Shown in pieces: positions 49,303-60,643 of a stretch of 64,000 bases of DNA. The stretch covers positions 42,847-106,846 of the forward strand of contig CAVONY010000029.1 of NCBI GenBank assembly GCA_963697405.1, read 5' to 3'. The notes beneath the pieces were generated by a model. That model made no database searches, was not told the origin of the DNA, and worked only from the letters and a program-made list of their open reading frames with translations. The translations under genes and the position numbers were made by a program. Within the stretch, counting starts at the first letter, position 1, and each line of letters begins with the position of its first letter. This stretch comes from an uncultured delta proteobacterium (lineage in GTDB: Bacteria > Desulfobacterota > Desulfobacteria > Desulfobacterales > Desulfosarcinaceae).

Positions 49303-50807
49303 GGACTAATGGCCCCGCTGTGCTGGACGATTCCCTGATCCAAAAATAAGCGATGGGTAATACAAGCTGGGATTTCTTTCTCATGGTGAGAGACAACGAT
49401 CAAACCGGTGGTAGCACTGCTGCCGATCCGCTCCAGCAGCCTGAGGACGGTATGGCGGTTTTCAGGGTCCAAACCGGCGCACGGTTCATCCAGAATCAGC
49501 AGATTCGGATTTTTTACCATCGCCCGGGCAATGAGGACCATCTGCCGCTGACCTTGGGAAAGCTGGTCGAACAGGGTCCCGGAGAGCGCTGAAATGTCCA
49601 TCTGCGCCAGCCACCGTCTGGCGGTTGTTATCTGCACGGTATCACAGTGACGATACAGTCCCACCGAGTCGAAAAATCCTGAGCAGACCACATCCATGGC
49701 GGACATTCGCTTCTGATAGGCGCTGGACAGATCGTGGCTCACCACCCCCAGCCGTTCCCGGGTCTCCCACAAGGTTTGTCCGACGCCGCGATCCTTGCCG
49801 AACAGGCGGATTCGGTTGGCGTACACCTGCAGGCAGTCACCGGTGATCAGTTTCAGGATGGTGGATTTACCGGCGCCGTTGGGGCCGGTGATGGCCCAAT
49901 GCTGCCCCTCCTCCACCGCCCAGGTGAACCGGTTCAGCACCATGGTATCGCCATAGCGAACCGTTACCGCTTTCATGTCGATCAACGGTTCCGAGGAGAC
50001 GCGCCGGCCGGCTTCAGGATGCGCCGGGTGATGGTTGGGGCGGGACCGTTTGCTTTCCTTTGTCGCGACGGCCGAGGCAGTATCAAACATCTGGAAAGCA
50101 TCGTCAACGGCGCCGGCATCTGCAATCCGACCGCCTTCGATGGTGAGGACATGGGTGGTGGCAGAAAGCATCTCCTCGGTGCGGTGGGTGACCAGTATGA
50201 TCGGCAGCCCTGATGTCGCCAGCCGGTCGAGCATCGCCATCAATTCCTGCCGGCCAGGACGATCGAGGCCGTCAAAGGGTTCATCGAGGATCAGCATCTT
50301 GGGGCGGCGGATCAGTTCACGGGCTATCAGCACCCGGCTCATCTCTCCGGTGGAGACGGCCAAGGCCGGTTTGTCCAGCAAGGCTTTCAGATTGAAGCGC
50401 CCGGCAACATCGGCCAGCCGCGTTTCCATGTCGAATGGCGCCGGAAGGTCGGCACGCTGACGAGAAATCAGCCCACGGACGGTGGTCGCGTCATTGAACC
50501 GGCCGGCAAAGCCTCGTGCAAAATCCAGGTCTCTTTCCCGACGCCAAAGATCCCGGCGGCCATCGCTGGTCACATAGGCAATCGCATCGAGGGGTGACAT
50601 GCCGCCAAAGGCATGGTAATGGATTTTTCCCTGAACGACAGGCAACAGGCCGGCGATAGCCTTGGCCAGTGTCGTCTTTCCCGCCCCGTTGGGGCCAATC
50701 ACCGTCCACTGCTCGCCGGCGTTGATCCGCCACGACGAGCCGTCGAGCAGCCACCGGCTGCCCTGCCTGACGGCGATACGATCGAGGGTGATTAACGGTA
50801 GGGACAT
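49260..50807 (-). CDS. Duplicated ABC ATPase without a membrane domain (ModF-like)
   Basis: Two Walker A motifs (GPNGAGKTTL, GPNGAGKSTI) and two signature/Walker B sets. The 3' end overlaps the trmJ-like gene by 43 nt (convergent). Confidence 0.85.
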   Translation of the reverse strand: MSLPLITLDRIAVRQGSRWLLDGSSWRINAGEQWTVIGPNGAGKTTLAKAIAGLLPVVQGKIHYHAFGGMSPLDAIAYVTSDGRRDLWRRERDLDFARGFAGRFNDATTVRGLISRQRADLPAPFDMETRLADVAGRFNLKALLDKPALAVSTGEMSRVLIARELIRRPKMLILDEPFDGLDRPGRQELMAMLDRLATSGLPIILVTHRTEEMLSATTHVLTIEGGRIADAGAVDDAFQMFDTASAVATKESKRSRPNHHPAHPEAGRRVSSEPLIDMKAVTVRYGDTMVLNRFTWAVEEGQHWAITGPNGAGKSTILKLITGDCLQVYANRIRLFGKDRGVGQTLWETRERLGVVSHDLSSAYQKRMSAMDVVCSGFFDSVGLYRHCDTVQITTARRWLAQMDISALSGTLFDQLSQGQRQMVLIARAMVKNPNLLILDEPCAGLDPENRHTVLRLLERIGSSATTGLIVVSHHEKEIPACITHRLFLDQGIVQHSGAISPQDSPLLPSFNPSL

Positions 50808-50865
50808 AATATGATCTGGAAAAACCGGAAATAACGAATGGAGAGCACCAACTGTTTAGTAAACT

Positions 50866-51026
50866 AACAAATTACAAGTACCAAATGACAAACCAATTCC
50901 AAATTACAATATCAAAAAGACAAATCATTGATAGTTGGAATGTTCACGCTTCAAGATCATGAGGTTTGGAATTTTGAATCTGACTGTTGTGATTTATTTG
51001 TCATCTTTTTTGATTATTGTGATTTA

Positions 51027-51028
<2 letters not shown>
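50866..51028. repeat. Heptamer-periodic A/C-rich tract (CAANNNN) followed by a G/T-rich tract (NNNNTTG)
   Basis: CAAATTA CAAGTAC CAAATGA CAAACCA ATTCCAA ATTACAA ..., then GGTTTGG AATTTTG ... GATTTAT TTGTCAT. Partial complementarity between blocks. Confidence 0.5.
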
Positions 51029-52127
<1,099 letters not shown>

Positions 52128-52234
52128 TTAATTTAAAGTGTAAAGAACCCAATCATCCGAACATGATGGAGTCGAAAAAGCCGACAATTTCTATTTTGTC
52201 TTCAATGAATGCAAGAACCCCCATACTGTTAAAC

Positions 52235-53596
52235 CTATTGGCCAGTCTCCTGCTTGCGTTTATGTAAGAGCCAGTCGATGGCATCAGCCGGGTCGGGCAG
52301 CTTCGCTGCAGAGGTCGTCACGGCGGCAGCAGGCGGCTCGGAGTTGGCAACGCTTTGCGCGGCCGGCACGGATGCCCGGGGGAGATCGTCGATGGCTTCC
52401 GCTAAGTTGAAGTCCGGGGGCCGATTGGGCATGCGCAACAGCGGTTCGAGGGCAAGGGTCGTTTTCACCGCCTGCTGAGACGCGTCGGGAACAATCGTTG
52501 CAACGTCAGCATGGCCTGATGTGGAAGCATTGACACCCGGCTGCTCCACTCCGGAGGACTTGCCGGAAACAGGGAAATAGATCTGATAGGCTTCACGGGC
52601 CCACCGCCTGGCGCGGTCTTTCATTGGATCCGGTGTAAAATAGACGCCGCTGCCCAGCACCAGCAATACCAACGCGACACCCAGTGCACGCCCTGCGGTA
52701 AACCATGGCCGGCGCTCTTTCTGCACAGGCTGATAATAGCTCTTGGGCGCCGGCGTCCGGGAATTGTTTTTCGTTTCCGCCGGCAGTTCATCGACGGTAA
52801 ACGATATTCGCTCGCGGCATTGGCTGACAATCTTCCGGCTGACGGTCCGCCGAGACACTTGGGAGGAAAAAAACATGGCCAGGTCGCAGATGATATTGAT
52901 CTGCCGGGGATACCCTCTGGAGAAATCGAAGACCGCTTCCATGGCCGCAGTGGAGAAAATTTCGTAACCGGCACCGGCGGTTTTCAGCCGGTGGCGGATA
53001 TACTCGCAGGTTTCTGACTGGTCCAGCGGATCGATGTTGTAGGTAATGGTAATCCGTCGCATCAAAGCTCGGTTTTCCGGTTGAAGCAGGATGCTGTTGA
53101 ATTCGTTCTGACCCACGAAAAAAATATTGAGCAGTTTGGCATCCTGCCGTTCAAGATTGGAAAGCAGGCGGATCTCCTCCATCAGGTCGTGCTTGAGCCG
53201 CTGGGCTTCGTCAATGAGAAGCAGGACCGATTTTTTTTCTTCATGGGCATCATTGAGAAACCGACTGAAGGGCTCAAGGAAGTCACTCTTGGTTCGCACT
53301 TCAATAGGCAGCCCGAAGTATTGGGAAACCATTCGGTAAAAATCGTACTTGCTGAGCCCCGGATCGGGAATTTTGGCGGTGTAGGCTTTGCCATGGATAT
53401 CTTCCACCAGCCGGTTGATCAATGTGGTTTTGCCGGTGCCTACCTCGCCGGTCAACAGCAAAAATCCCTTGTTGTCCATCACCCCATATTTAAGGGTCGA
53501 GAGGGCCTCGCGGTGCTTTTTACCCATCCACAGGAAACTGGGATCCGTGGTGATCTGAAAGGGTTTTTTTTTCAGGCCATAAAAGGATTCATACAT
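52235..53596 (-). CDS. ExeA/GspA-like AAA ATPase (PEP-CTERM-locus-type secretion ATPase family) with a TM segment and a Pro/Ala-rich C-terminus
   Basis: MYESFYGLKKKPFQITTDPSFLWMGKKHREAL...LLTGEVGTGKTTL is the typical ExeA-family N-terminus. Confidence 0.8.
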   Translation of the reverse strand: MYESFYGLKKKPFQITTDPSFLWMGKKHREALSTLKYGVMDNKGFLLLTGEVGTGKTTLINRLVEDIHGKAYTAKIPDPGLSKYDFYRMVSQYFGLPIEVRTKSDFLEPFSRFLNDAHEEKKSVLLLIDEAQRLKHDLMEEIRLLSNLERQDAKLLNIFFVGQNEFNSILLQPENRALMRRITITYNIDPLDQSETCEYIRHRLKTAGAGYEIFSTAAMEAVFDFSRGYPRQINIICDLAMFFSSQVSRRTVSRKIVSQCRERISFTVDELPAETKNNSRTPAPKSYYQPVQKERRPWFTAGRALGVALVLLVLGSGVYFTPDPMKDRARRWAREAYQIYFPVSGKSSGVEQPGVNASTSGHADVATIVPDASQQAVKTTLALEPLLRMPNRPPDFNLAEAIDDLPRASVPAAQSVANSEPPAAAVTTSAAKLPDPADAIDWLLHKRKQETGQ

Positions 53597-53617
53597 GGTT
53601 GTTTCCGTTTCGAGGTG

Positions 53618-54625
53618 TCAGGGGCGAAACACCGCCTCGATGGCATCGGCCACCGGGTTTGGTTTCCGGACAGGCGATGATTCGGTTTCCGCTTCAATGG
53701 CGGTTGGAGTGAAATCCTCCACACACGGGTGTTGCTCCCACCCATTCACGGGTTCACTCAAATCCACCGATTTCCATTTGGGATGACCGTTGAGTCGAAG
53801 CCAGTCCAGGTTTTCCTTCATCAGCCAGGCGAACTTCCCGATGGTGTTGCAATGGTGGTTACGAAAATCGTAGGCCACCAGCAGGGCCATGACCGACACG
53901 GTATCCACATCGGCCACCTGCCAAGGGTAGGTGCCAGCAGGAATCCGGGATGTCGGGTAGAAGGAGCGGATGCCGTCATGGGTGATCGGAATCAAGTGAA
54001 ACCCGTCTGCCGGGGCAACCTCCAGTGCCAGACGTTCCACCGGGGCCCCGTCTACAGTTACCATGGCATCGATGCTGCCGGCTTTAAGCGCGGCCAGTGC
54101 CTGGGAATTACCGATGGCCACCATCTGCCGGGGCTGAACACCCGCGATCTCAAAAATCAGCCGGCTGGTCAAATAGGTGCCGCTCTCCACGTGGCCAATG
54201 GCCACCCGCTTGTCGTCGAGGTCACCAAGGCTGTGGATCTCCCCTTTGCAGAGGATGTGGATCTCCTGGTTGTACAACGGGTAGACCCATTTGATTTTAT
54301 CTGCGATCAGCTTAAGCCGCGGGTCGCTCTTAACCTTGGCCACAAAGGCCAGCGCGTCGGACTGCACCAGTCCCATGTGATTGCCGGGGCGCTGGTAAAC
54401 GGCGTAGATGTTTTCCACAGACCCACTTGAACTGAACACCGCCAGATGAATGTTGCCGCGCGTGACCAGGGCTTTTAGATCCATGCCGATCTGGTGGGCG
54501 GTGCTTTTCATGTCCCCGGTAATGATGCCCAGATAACCCTGCTCATGGTCTGCAGCCATGGCGGGCAGGAAGCCAGCCAATACCATCATGGTCACCCACA
54601 CTATCACGATTAAGCGTTTGTCCAT
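53618..54625 (-). CDS. TAXI-family periplasmic solute-binding protein (TRAP-associated type)
   Basis: Signal peptide MDKRLIVIVWVTMMVLAGFLPAMA. SSSGSVENIYAV...GLVQSDALAF matches the TAXI pattern. No TRAP permease gene adjacent. Confidence 0.7.
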   Translation of the reverse strand: MDKRLIVIVWVTMMVLAGFLPAMAADHEQGYLGIITGDMKSTAHQIGMDLKALVTRGNIHLAVFSSSGSVENIYAVYQRPGNHMGLVQSDALAFVAKVKSDPRLKLIADKIKWVYPLYNQEIHILCKGEIHSLGDLDDKRVAIGHVESGTYLTSRLIFEIAGVQPRQMVAIGNSQALAALKAGSIDAMVTVDGAPVERLALEVAPADGFHLIPITHDGIRSFYPTSRIPAGTYPWQVADVDTVSVMALLVAYDFRNHHCNTIGKFAWLMKENLDWLRLNGHPKWKSVDLSEPVNGWEQHPCVEDFTPTAIEAETESSPVRKPNPVADAIEAVFRP

Positions 54626-54816
54626 GGACCAGGCCTCTTTGCCGGGAGCGCTTTGCCGGCGGAAAGATCGCACCTCATTTCAGGTTCGGCTCCGGTGGTG
54701 CAGCCACCGCCGGGATGTCGATGTGCTGGATATTGAGTTGCTGATGATAGAAGAGTCAAAATCCGGAGTCAATATTAAAACCAGGTGACCCACGGCATTA
54801 ACCGGTAAACGGGTAG

Positions 54817-55005
54817 TTAACGATCTTCCTCGACCGGGGCAGGTTCACGGGTGTTACCGGCCGCCGGCTGGCTACATGAATCGGAAACGCTACAGCAGGT
54901 GCAGCCGCATGCACAACCATCCTTCTGCTTAAATCCCTTGTAGAAGATCCGCCCCACATAAACTGCGGCAGCCGCGACTATCAAAATAACAATCAGTGTT
55001 TCCAT
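54817..55005 (-). CDS. FeoB-associated Cys-rich membrane protein
   Basis: One TM helix followed by GCACGCTCCSVSDSC. Located directly downstream of feoB. Confidence 0.75.
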   Translation of the reverse strand: METLIVILIVAAAAVYVGRIFYKGFKQKDGCACGCTCCSVSDSCSQPAAGNTREPAPVEEDR

Positions 55006-55066
55006 CGTTCAAGACCTTGGTATCGGTTTGCGTTGCCATCGCCGGACAAGGACGGGTGCCCGGGCA

Positions 55067-57274
55067 TCAGTATCCGAGGGCGGCGCCGGCCTGGTATACC
55101 ATCACGGCCAATAAAAAGGCCAGGGAAGTGTTGAAAACCATTGAAAATGCGCCCCATTTCCATGAGGATTCCCTGGCGATACAGACCACCGCGACAAAAC
55201 AGGGGGCGTAAAACATGACAAAGATAATCAGGCTCCAGGCGGTAAGCGTGCGCCATCCCGGTTCGGCGACCAGTTTGACGGCCAGGCTATCAGCGGCTTC
55301 GGTGTCCACCGTACCCAGTGAATAGGCTGTCCCCAGGGTGGAGACAATCACCTCCTTGGCGGCAAACCCGCCCAGCAGGGCGATGTTCGTGCGCCAGTCA
55401 AAGCCGGCCCAGCGGGTGACGGATTCCAAACGGGTGCCGACACGGCCTGCCAGAGAGTGGCGCAGGGCGGCACCGGCCTGACGGGCATCCACGGCCAGCA
55501 GAACGTCTTTCAACTCAGCAGCGGGAGTGGAGAGAGGCCGGGACGTCGAAGCAGCCTCCAGTTCTTCAACCACCTGGGGTGCCGCCGTCGACACAATTCC
55601 AACCCGCTGGTTGGCATAGGTTTCAACCTGCGCAGCGGGCAGGCGGGGAAAGGTCATGGCCGCCCACAGCAGCACGGAAATGCCCAGGATCACCGTCCCG
55701 GCCTTTTTCGCATACTGCCAGGTCCGTTCCCAGGTATGGATCATCAATCCCCTGAAGGTCGGCAGTCGATAGGGAGGCAGTTCCATGACAAAGGGTGTGG
55801 ACGCACCTCTGACCACGGTCATCCGCAGGAACTTGGCTGCCAGCAGGGCCCCGGCCCAGGAGATCAGGGTGAGAATGAACATCATTCGGGCACGGCTGTG
55901 GGGGAAAAAAGCAGCGATGAGCAGGGCGAATACGGGCAGTTTGGCTCCGCAATTCATGAACGGCGCAGTCAACAGGGTGGCGATGCGCTCTTTGGGCGAC
56001 CGCAGGGTCCGGGTGGCCATCACGCCGGGGACGGCGCAACCGCCGGCAATCCCACCGGAGACGATGTAGGCCATCACCGAGCTGCCATGCAGCCCGAATA
56101 TCTGGAACACCCGATCGAGCATGAAGGCCACCCGCGCCAGGTATCCCGAGTCTTCCAGCAGGGCGATGCCGAAGAACATAAACATAATCAGCGGCACGAA
56201 ACCGAGAACACCGCCCACCCCGTCGATAATGCCTGAGACGATCAGGGACTTGAGCAGCCCGTCGGGCAGGGTGGCGGACACCATGTCCGAAAGCCATTCA
56301 AAGGCCATCTCGCACCAGGCAACAGGCAATTCGCTATAGGTGAATACAAATTGGTAAAGTCCCATGAGCACCAGCAGCATGATGATGGGGCCGGCAAATC
56401 GGTTCACTAAAATCTTGTCGATGCGGTCGGATAGAAAAAGCCGGTTCCTGTCATGGCGCTCCTTGATCACCCCCTGCTTGAGCATGGAACTGATAAACCC
56501 GTAGCGATGGTCGGCGATCATGGCTTCCGGATAAGTTTCCAGGGTCTCTTCGATATGTGCCCCCACGTTGCGGGTGATGGCCTCCAAACCATCGGCGATC
56601 TGCGGGTCCGTTTCCCTTCCCTTATCAAGAATCTGCTCGTCGTTTTCCAGATACTTGATTGCAATCCAGCGCGACGGGTACAGGTCCGTGAGAAAATTGC
56701 TCCTGGTGATGATTTTTTCCATCTCCAAGATGGCGGTTTCCAGGTCCCGGCCATAAGAAACCCGCAGGGGCTGAAGAAGGGGTGCTTCGGCCACCGTTTC
56801 CACGGCATCCATCAGGGCCTTTTTCCCGAACCCGCTGCGGGCAACGATGGGAACGACCGGCACACCGAGCAGGCGGGAGAGTTTTTTATCATCGACCTCG
56901 ATGCCCCGCCCTCTGGCAACGTCAATCATGTTCAGGGCCACGCAGGTGGGGATTCCCAGCTCCAGAAACTGGATGGTCAGGTATAGGTTGCGTTCCAGAT
57001 TGGATGCGTCGACGATGTTGATCGTCACCCGGGGGCGCTCGTTGACCAGAAAATCCCGGGCCACCACCTCTTCGACACTGTAGGCGGTGAGTGAATACGT
57101 GCCGGGAAGATCCACGATGTGCATTTCGTGGCCGTTTTGCACATAGCGACCCTCTTTGCGGTCCACCGTCACCCCGGGATAGTTGCCCACGTGCTGCCGC
57201 GAACCGGTTAGGGAATTAAAAAGGGTGGTCTTCCCGGCGTTGGGATTACCACCCAGTGCAACGCAATAATTCAT
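55067..57274 (-). CDS. feoB: Ferrous iron transporter FeoB
   Basis: N-terminal G-domain GNPNAGKTTLFN, DLPGTYSL and a polytopic membrane domain. Confidence 0.96.
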   Translation of the reverse strand: MNYCVALGGNPNAGKTTLFNSLTGSRQHVGNYPGVTVDRKEGRYVQNGHEMHIVDLPGTYSLTAYSVEEVVARDFLVNERPRVTINIVDASNLERNLYLTIQFLELGIPTCVALNMIDVARGRGIEVDDKKLSRLLGVPVVPIVARSGFGKKALMDAVETVAEAPLLQPLRVSYGRDLETAILEMEKIITRSNFLTDLYPSRWIAIKYLENDEQILDKGRETDPQIADGLEAITRNVGAHIEETLETYPEAMIADHRYGFISSMLKQGVIKERHDRNRLFLSDRIDKILVNRFAGPIIMLLVLMGLYQFVFTYSELPVAWCEMAFEWLSDMVSATLPDGLLKSLIVSGIIDGVGGVLGFVPLIMFMFFGIALLEDSGYLARVAFMLDRVFQIFGLHGSSVMAYIVSGGIAGGCAVPGVMATRTLRSPKERIATLLTAPFMNCGAKLPVFALLIAAFFPHSRARMMFILTLISWAGALLAAKFLRMTVVRGASTPFVMELPPYRLPTFRGLMIHTWERTWQYAKKAGTVILGISVLLWAAMTFPRLPAAQVETYANQRVGIVSTAAPQVVEELEAASTSRPLSTPAAELKDVLLAVDARQAGAALRHSLAGRVGTRLESVTRWAGFDWRTNIALLGGFAAKEVIVSTLGTAYSLGTVDTEAADSLAVKLVAEPGWRTLTAWSLIIFVMFYAPCFVAVVCIARESSWKWGAFSMVFNTSLAFLLAVMVYQAGAALGY

Positions 57275-57276
57275 TG

Positions 57277-57525
57277 TTATCCGTTTACCTCGACGTCGAT
57301 GAGATCGGCTTCGTTGTTGCGAAGGGTCAGGGTAAATCCCTTGAGCCGCAAGGCCACCGGATCGTAAAGCGGTGCCCGGCCCTGGATCTTGATGGCAGTT
57401 CCCGGCACCAGCCCCATATCCCGGAGCCGACGTCCCAGTTCACCGCCAACCTTGACGCTGGCGATGGTTCCTTCCTGGTTGACCCGCATGTTACGAATGT
57501 TGATCGTCGCCATTGGCAACTCCAT
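57277..57525 (-). CDS. feoA: FeoA
   Basis: SH3-like FeoA pattern: RLRDMGLVPGTAIKIQGRAPLYDPVALRLKGFTLTLR. Confidence 0.85.
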   Translation of the reverse strand: MELPMATINIRNMRVNQEGTIASVKVGGELGRRLRDMGLVPGTAIKIQGRAPLYDPVALRLKGFTLTLRNNEADLIDVEVNG

Positions 57526-57558
57526 GAAACATGAAAAATTTCGAACCTCTTAAAAAGT

Positions 57559-57587
57559 TAGCTATGCCAAACTTTCAAAGGTGTCAA
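57559..57587 (-). promoter_or_regulatory. Candidate sigma70-type promoter for feoAB
   Basis: On the minus strand: TTGACA, a 17-nt spacer, then TAGCTA. Confidence 0.35.
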
Positions 57588-57673
57588 TAGAAAAATATGG
57601 AATGCTGATGTCGGATGTCCGACGTCGAGAATTGTGATGGCCCCACAGATTCCGGTATCCTATATATGAATTT

Positions 57674-57785
<112 letters not shown>

Positions 57786-57813
57786 CTGGCCCCACGGGTC
57801 AGTGACTGCATCC

Positions 57814-58959
57814 TCATGTTCTGCCAACGCTGGGTTCAGGCGCGTTGGCGGTTGTGGTATTTGTGGCCAACGATGCACCGGTCGGTCCTGGTTTGAAAAT
57901 GCGGCTGCGCATGAACCGCCACACCGGTTTTACCGACAGAGCCAAGATGAGGATGGCACCGGTCAGTTCGACAGCATGCGGGATGGCTTCCCCGGCCTGT
58001 CCCACCACGGCCTGAGCCGAGACGCCCATGGCCGCATAGATCCAGTCCACCAGCAGGCCGAAGCCCACCGCGCAAATCGCGATGGCTGCCAGATAGATGC
58101 CCGTGGCCCGTTTGCCCAGCACCCGGATCAGCACGGTCAGGGAGGTGACATTGGTGGCCGGCCCGGTCATCAGAAAGACCAGGGCCGCACCGGGGCTGAC
58201 CCCTTGCAGGATCAGGGTGGCGGCAATGGGTGTCGAAGCTGTGGCACAGATATAAATCGGAATGCCCACCCCCAGCATGATCAGCATGGACCCGAATCCG
58301 CCGCCCATGTATCGGCTGAAAACCGATTCGGGGATCATCACCGTGATGATGCCGGACAGCAGCAGGCCGAACAGGAACCACACCGCCAGGTCCCCCCACA
58401 CATCGGTGAAGGCGAAGCGGAATCCGGCCGATATTTTTTCAGTAAAGCTGTGGTGGTTGCGGTGCACTTCCGGTGAGCAGTTTTTTCCGTCACAGCAGCC
58501 GTCCACGGGACAGGAGAGGTCCGGGACGATGGGGTTGTCCGTATCCGGTTTTCCCAGCAGATTCTCGGTGCTGCCGGCGGCAAAGGCGGTGACAAATGCA
58601 GCCACCGGCCTCACCACGGTCATAATGGGGTCCATCAGGGCGTATGTGATGGCGATGGAATCTACGCCGGACTCCGGCGTGGAGATGAGAAATGACGTCA
58701 CGGCGCCGTTGTTGGCCCCCTGCTTTTTCAGGGCCGCCGCAGCCGGAAGCACGCCGCAGGAGCACAACGGAATGGGGATTCCCATGAGCGAGGCCTTGAA
58801 CACCGACTTGAAGCGCCCTTGGCCCAAGTGGCGGGAGACCACTCCGGGATTGAGAAATACCCGCAGCAATCCGCTGACGAGCAAGCCAAATATAATGAAG
58901 ACCGATGATTCGAGCAGGATGTTCCAGGATTGAAGCAGGATGTTGAGCAGCAGATTCAT
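57814..58959 (-). CDS. DUF318/ArsP-YraQ-family permease (putative metal or metalloid efflux; SO_0444-like)
   Basis: Polytopic membrane protein with the PLCSCGVLP motif and a Cys-rich loop CPVDGCCDGKNC. Confidence 0.8.
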   Translation of the reverse strand: MNLLLNILLQSWNILLESSVFIIFGLLVSGLLRVFLNPGVVSRHLGQGRFKSVFKASLMGIPIPLCSCGVLPAAAALKKQGANNGAVTSFLISTPESGVDSIAITYALMDPIMTVVRPVAAFVTAFAAGSTENLLGKPDTDNPIVPDLSCPVDGCCDGKNCSPEVHRNHHSFTEKISAGFRFAFTDVWGDLAVWFLFGLLLSGIITVMIPESVFSRYMGGGFGSMLIMLGVGIPIYICATASTPIAATLILQGVSPGAALVFLMTGPATNVTSLTVLIRVLGKRATGIYLAAIAICAVGFGLLVDWIYAAMGVSAQAVVGQAGEAIPHAVELTGAILILALSVKPVWRFMRSRIFKPGPTGASLATNTTTANAPEPSVGRT

Positions 58960-59118
58960 TGGTTATCGTTCCTCTTGGTCGGCGCATTGAAAAATCGATC
59001 GCGGCAAAAAGCCGCTCCGGCAATTCCCAAATGCCGTAATTCCTTAATTCGCAATCCTGGTCGCTGTGATCAAGTGCGATCAGGACGAAAATGATAACGG
59101 TTTACCAGACCTGATCAC

Positions 59119-59499
59119 TCACCCTTCCTCAATGTGGTGCAAACCGACGGTGACCAGGTCCAGCACATGGTCGTCGTCGAGTGAGTAGTATAGAATCTGC
59201 CCGTCTCGGCGGGAGCGAGCCAGCGAAGACTCCCGCAGGCGCCTGAGTTGATGGGAGACGGCCGATTCGCTCAGTCCTAAAAACGCGGCGATGTCACATA
59301 CACACATCTCACCACCCCGCAGGGCCATGATGATCTTAAGCCGGGTGGGATCGCCCATGATCTTGTAGGTCAGCGCCAGCCGATGAATGTCATTTTGAGC
59401 AATGGCCTCCGCTTTAGCCCGGGCAACCCGATCCAAATGAACCACCCGGATATCGCAGGTGCCCGGCGTACATGCGGCTAGGGCATTATTACTGGCCAC
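59119..59499 (-). CDS. ArsR/SmtB-family metalloregulator
   Basis: EMCVCDIAAFLGLSESAVSHQLRRL HTH with the CVC (alpha3) motif and a C-terminal D-x-H-x10-H-x2-E alpha5-type site (DDDHVLDLVTVGLHHIEE). Confidence 0.88.
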   Translation of the reverse strand: MASNNALAACTPGTCDIRVVHLDRVARAKAEAIAQNDIHRLALTYKIMGDPTRLKIIMALRGGEMCVCDIAAFLGLSESAVSHQLRRLRESSLARSRRDGQILYYSLDDDHVLDLVTVGLHHIEEG

Positions 59500-59517
59500 G
59501 TCGACCTCCTGTGGGGA

Positions 59518-59545
59518 ATATATATGAACGTCTGTTCAAATATAA
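59518..59545. promoter_or_regulatory. Candidate ArsR/SmtB operator (TGAAC-N4-GTTCA inverted repeat)
   Basis: ATATATGAAC gtct GTTCAAATAT at 59521-59544, about 20 nt upstream of the arsR-like start. Confidence 0.55.
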
Positions 59546-59843
59546 AAATGACTCCCTCATTGTCAAGTGACAATCGCCTTTTATTATGATTCCTATTTTT
59601 TCAGAGTTGACGGATTGTCGATGTCCTGGTTAGTTTTACCCATCCATGACGAGAAACGATGATTGCCCGCGAGTCTCGGGGGGGGAAAATTTATTTGCTA
59701 ACGGTTCCAGGTCAACGGCTTTGGCTTCATGGATAAAATATGCAGGAAATGAGTGGGTGACAGGTTGAAGTCATGTGGTGAATAAGGCCCAGATTGGGTT
59801 ACTACGCCAATGATATTAATTGGCTGAATAGCGATGCCAGGAT

Positions 59844-60428
59844 TTAATTCGTTATCTTTATTTGTAATTTTAATTGATGCGTAGCTATTTTCTGCGCTTT
59901 CAAGTCTTCAATTTCGAGAATTCTGAAACGGATTCCGCCATCTGCATGTTGTTGGATTGCGAATTCTAATTTCAATGTAAAGCCTTCCATTTGAAAACTC
60001 GGAGGCGTATTGTAAGCTTTTTTCAATGAAGACTTAACTCTTTTTATGGGCTCAACCAGGCCGCGGGAAATTTCAGGGGAAAAGCCGGATGAGTCGCTTG
60101 GCTGAAATGAAAAACTGAGATTATGATATGATTTAGATGTCGACGGTTCTTCTTCAAACCCATTGCTCAATCCGACAATTTTCACAGCTATTGCACCCTT
60201 TTCTGTTTCTGTTGAATCAACAGTTAAGGTCACTTTGACTGTCTCGATGGTAAACTTGGGGCTTCCCAATTCAGAAATATTGGCTGTATTGATTTCATTT
60301 TTAATGGCGGTGATTATTTCATCGATTTCAAACTCACCAGCTTGAGCGATGCGGATAGGCGACAGGTTAACTGCGACCAGAAACAATATGATAAAAACGA
60401 TGAATGGTATACCGCGTGGCTTGATCAT
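59844..60428 (-). CDS. Signal-anchored protein with two trypco2-like (trypsin-co-occurring domain 2) repeats
   Basis: N-terminal hydrophobic segment, then two units each with a helix followed by beta strands: IITAIKNEINTA...PKFTIETVKVTLTV...GAIAVKIV...YHNLSFSFQP and IKRVKSSLKKA...FTLKLEFAI...GGIRFRIL...THQLKLQIK. Domain recalled from memory. The gene is visibly AT-rich. Confidence 0.45.
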   Translation of the reverse strand: MIKPRGIPFIVFIILFLVAVNLSPIRIAQAGEFEIDEIITAIKNEINTANISELGSPKFTIETVKVTLTVDSTETEKGAIAVKIVGLSNGFEEEPSTSKSYHNLSFSFQPSDSSGFSPEISRGLVEPIKRVKSSLKKAYNTPPSFQMEGFTLKLEFAIQQHADGGIRFRILEIEDLKAQKIATHQLKLQIKITN

Positions 60429-60643
60429 TTTAACTATTATCCTGAATGCTTAAATGGATCTTAACCCGTTTATTATCCGGATGCGTGGTAGCGCCTACTA
60501 ACAGGATGACATACTATAGTTAATCCGGCAGCGTCCTGATTGTCAACAACGCAGCAACTCCTTGACAAGAATAGGAATCTCTGCAAACTTGTAGACGTCT
60601 TGCCGTCGGTAGGACCATTCAACAACCAAAGGAGTCGGTGACC

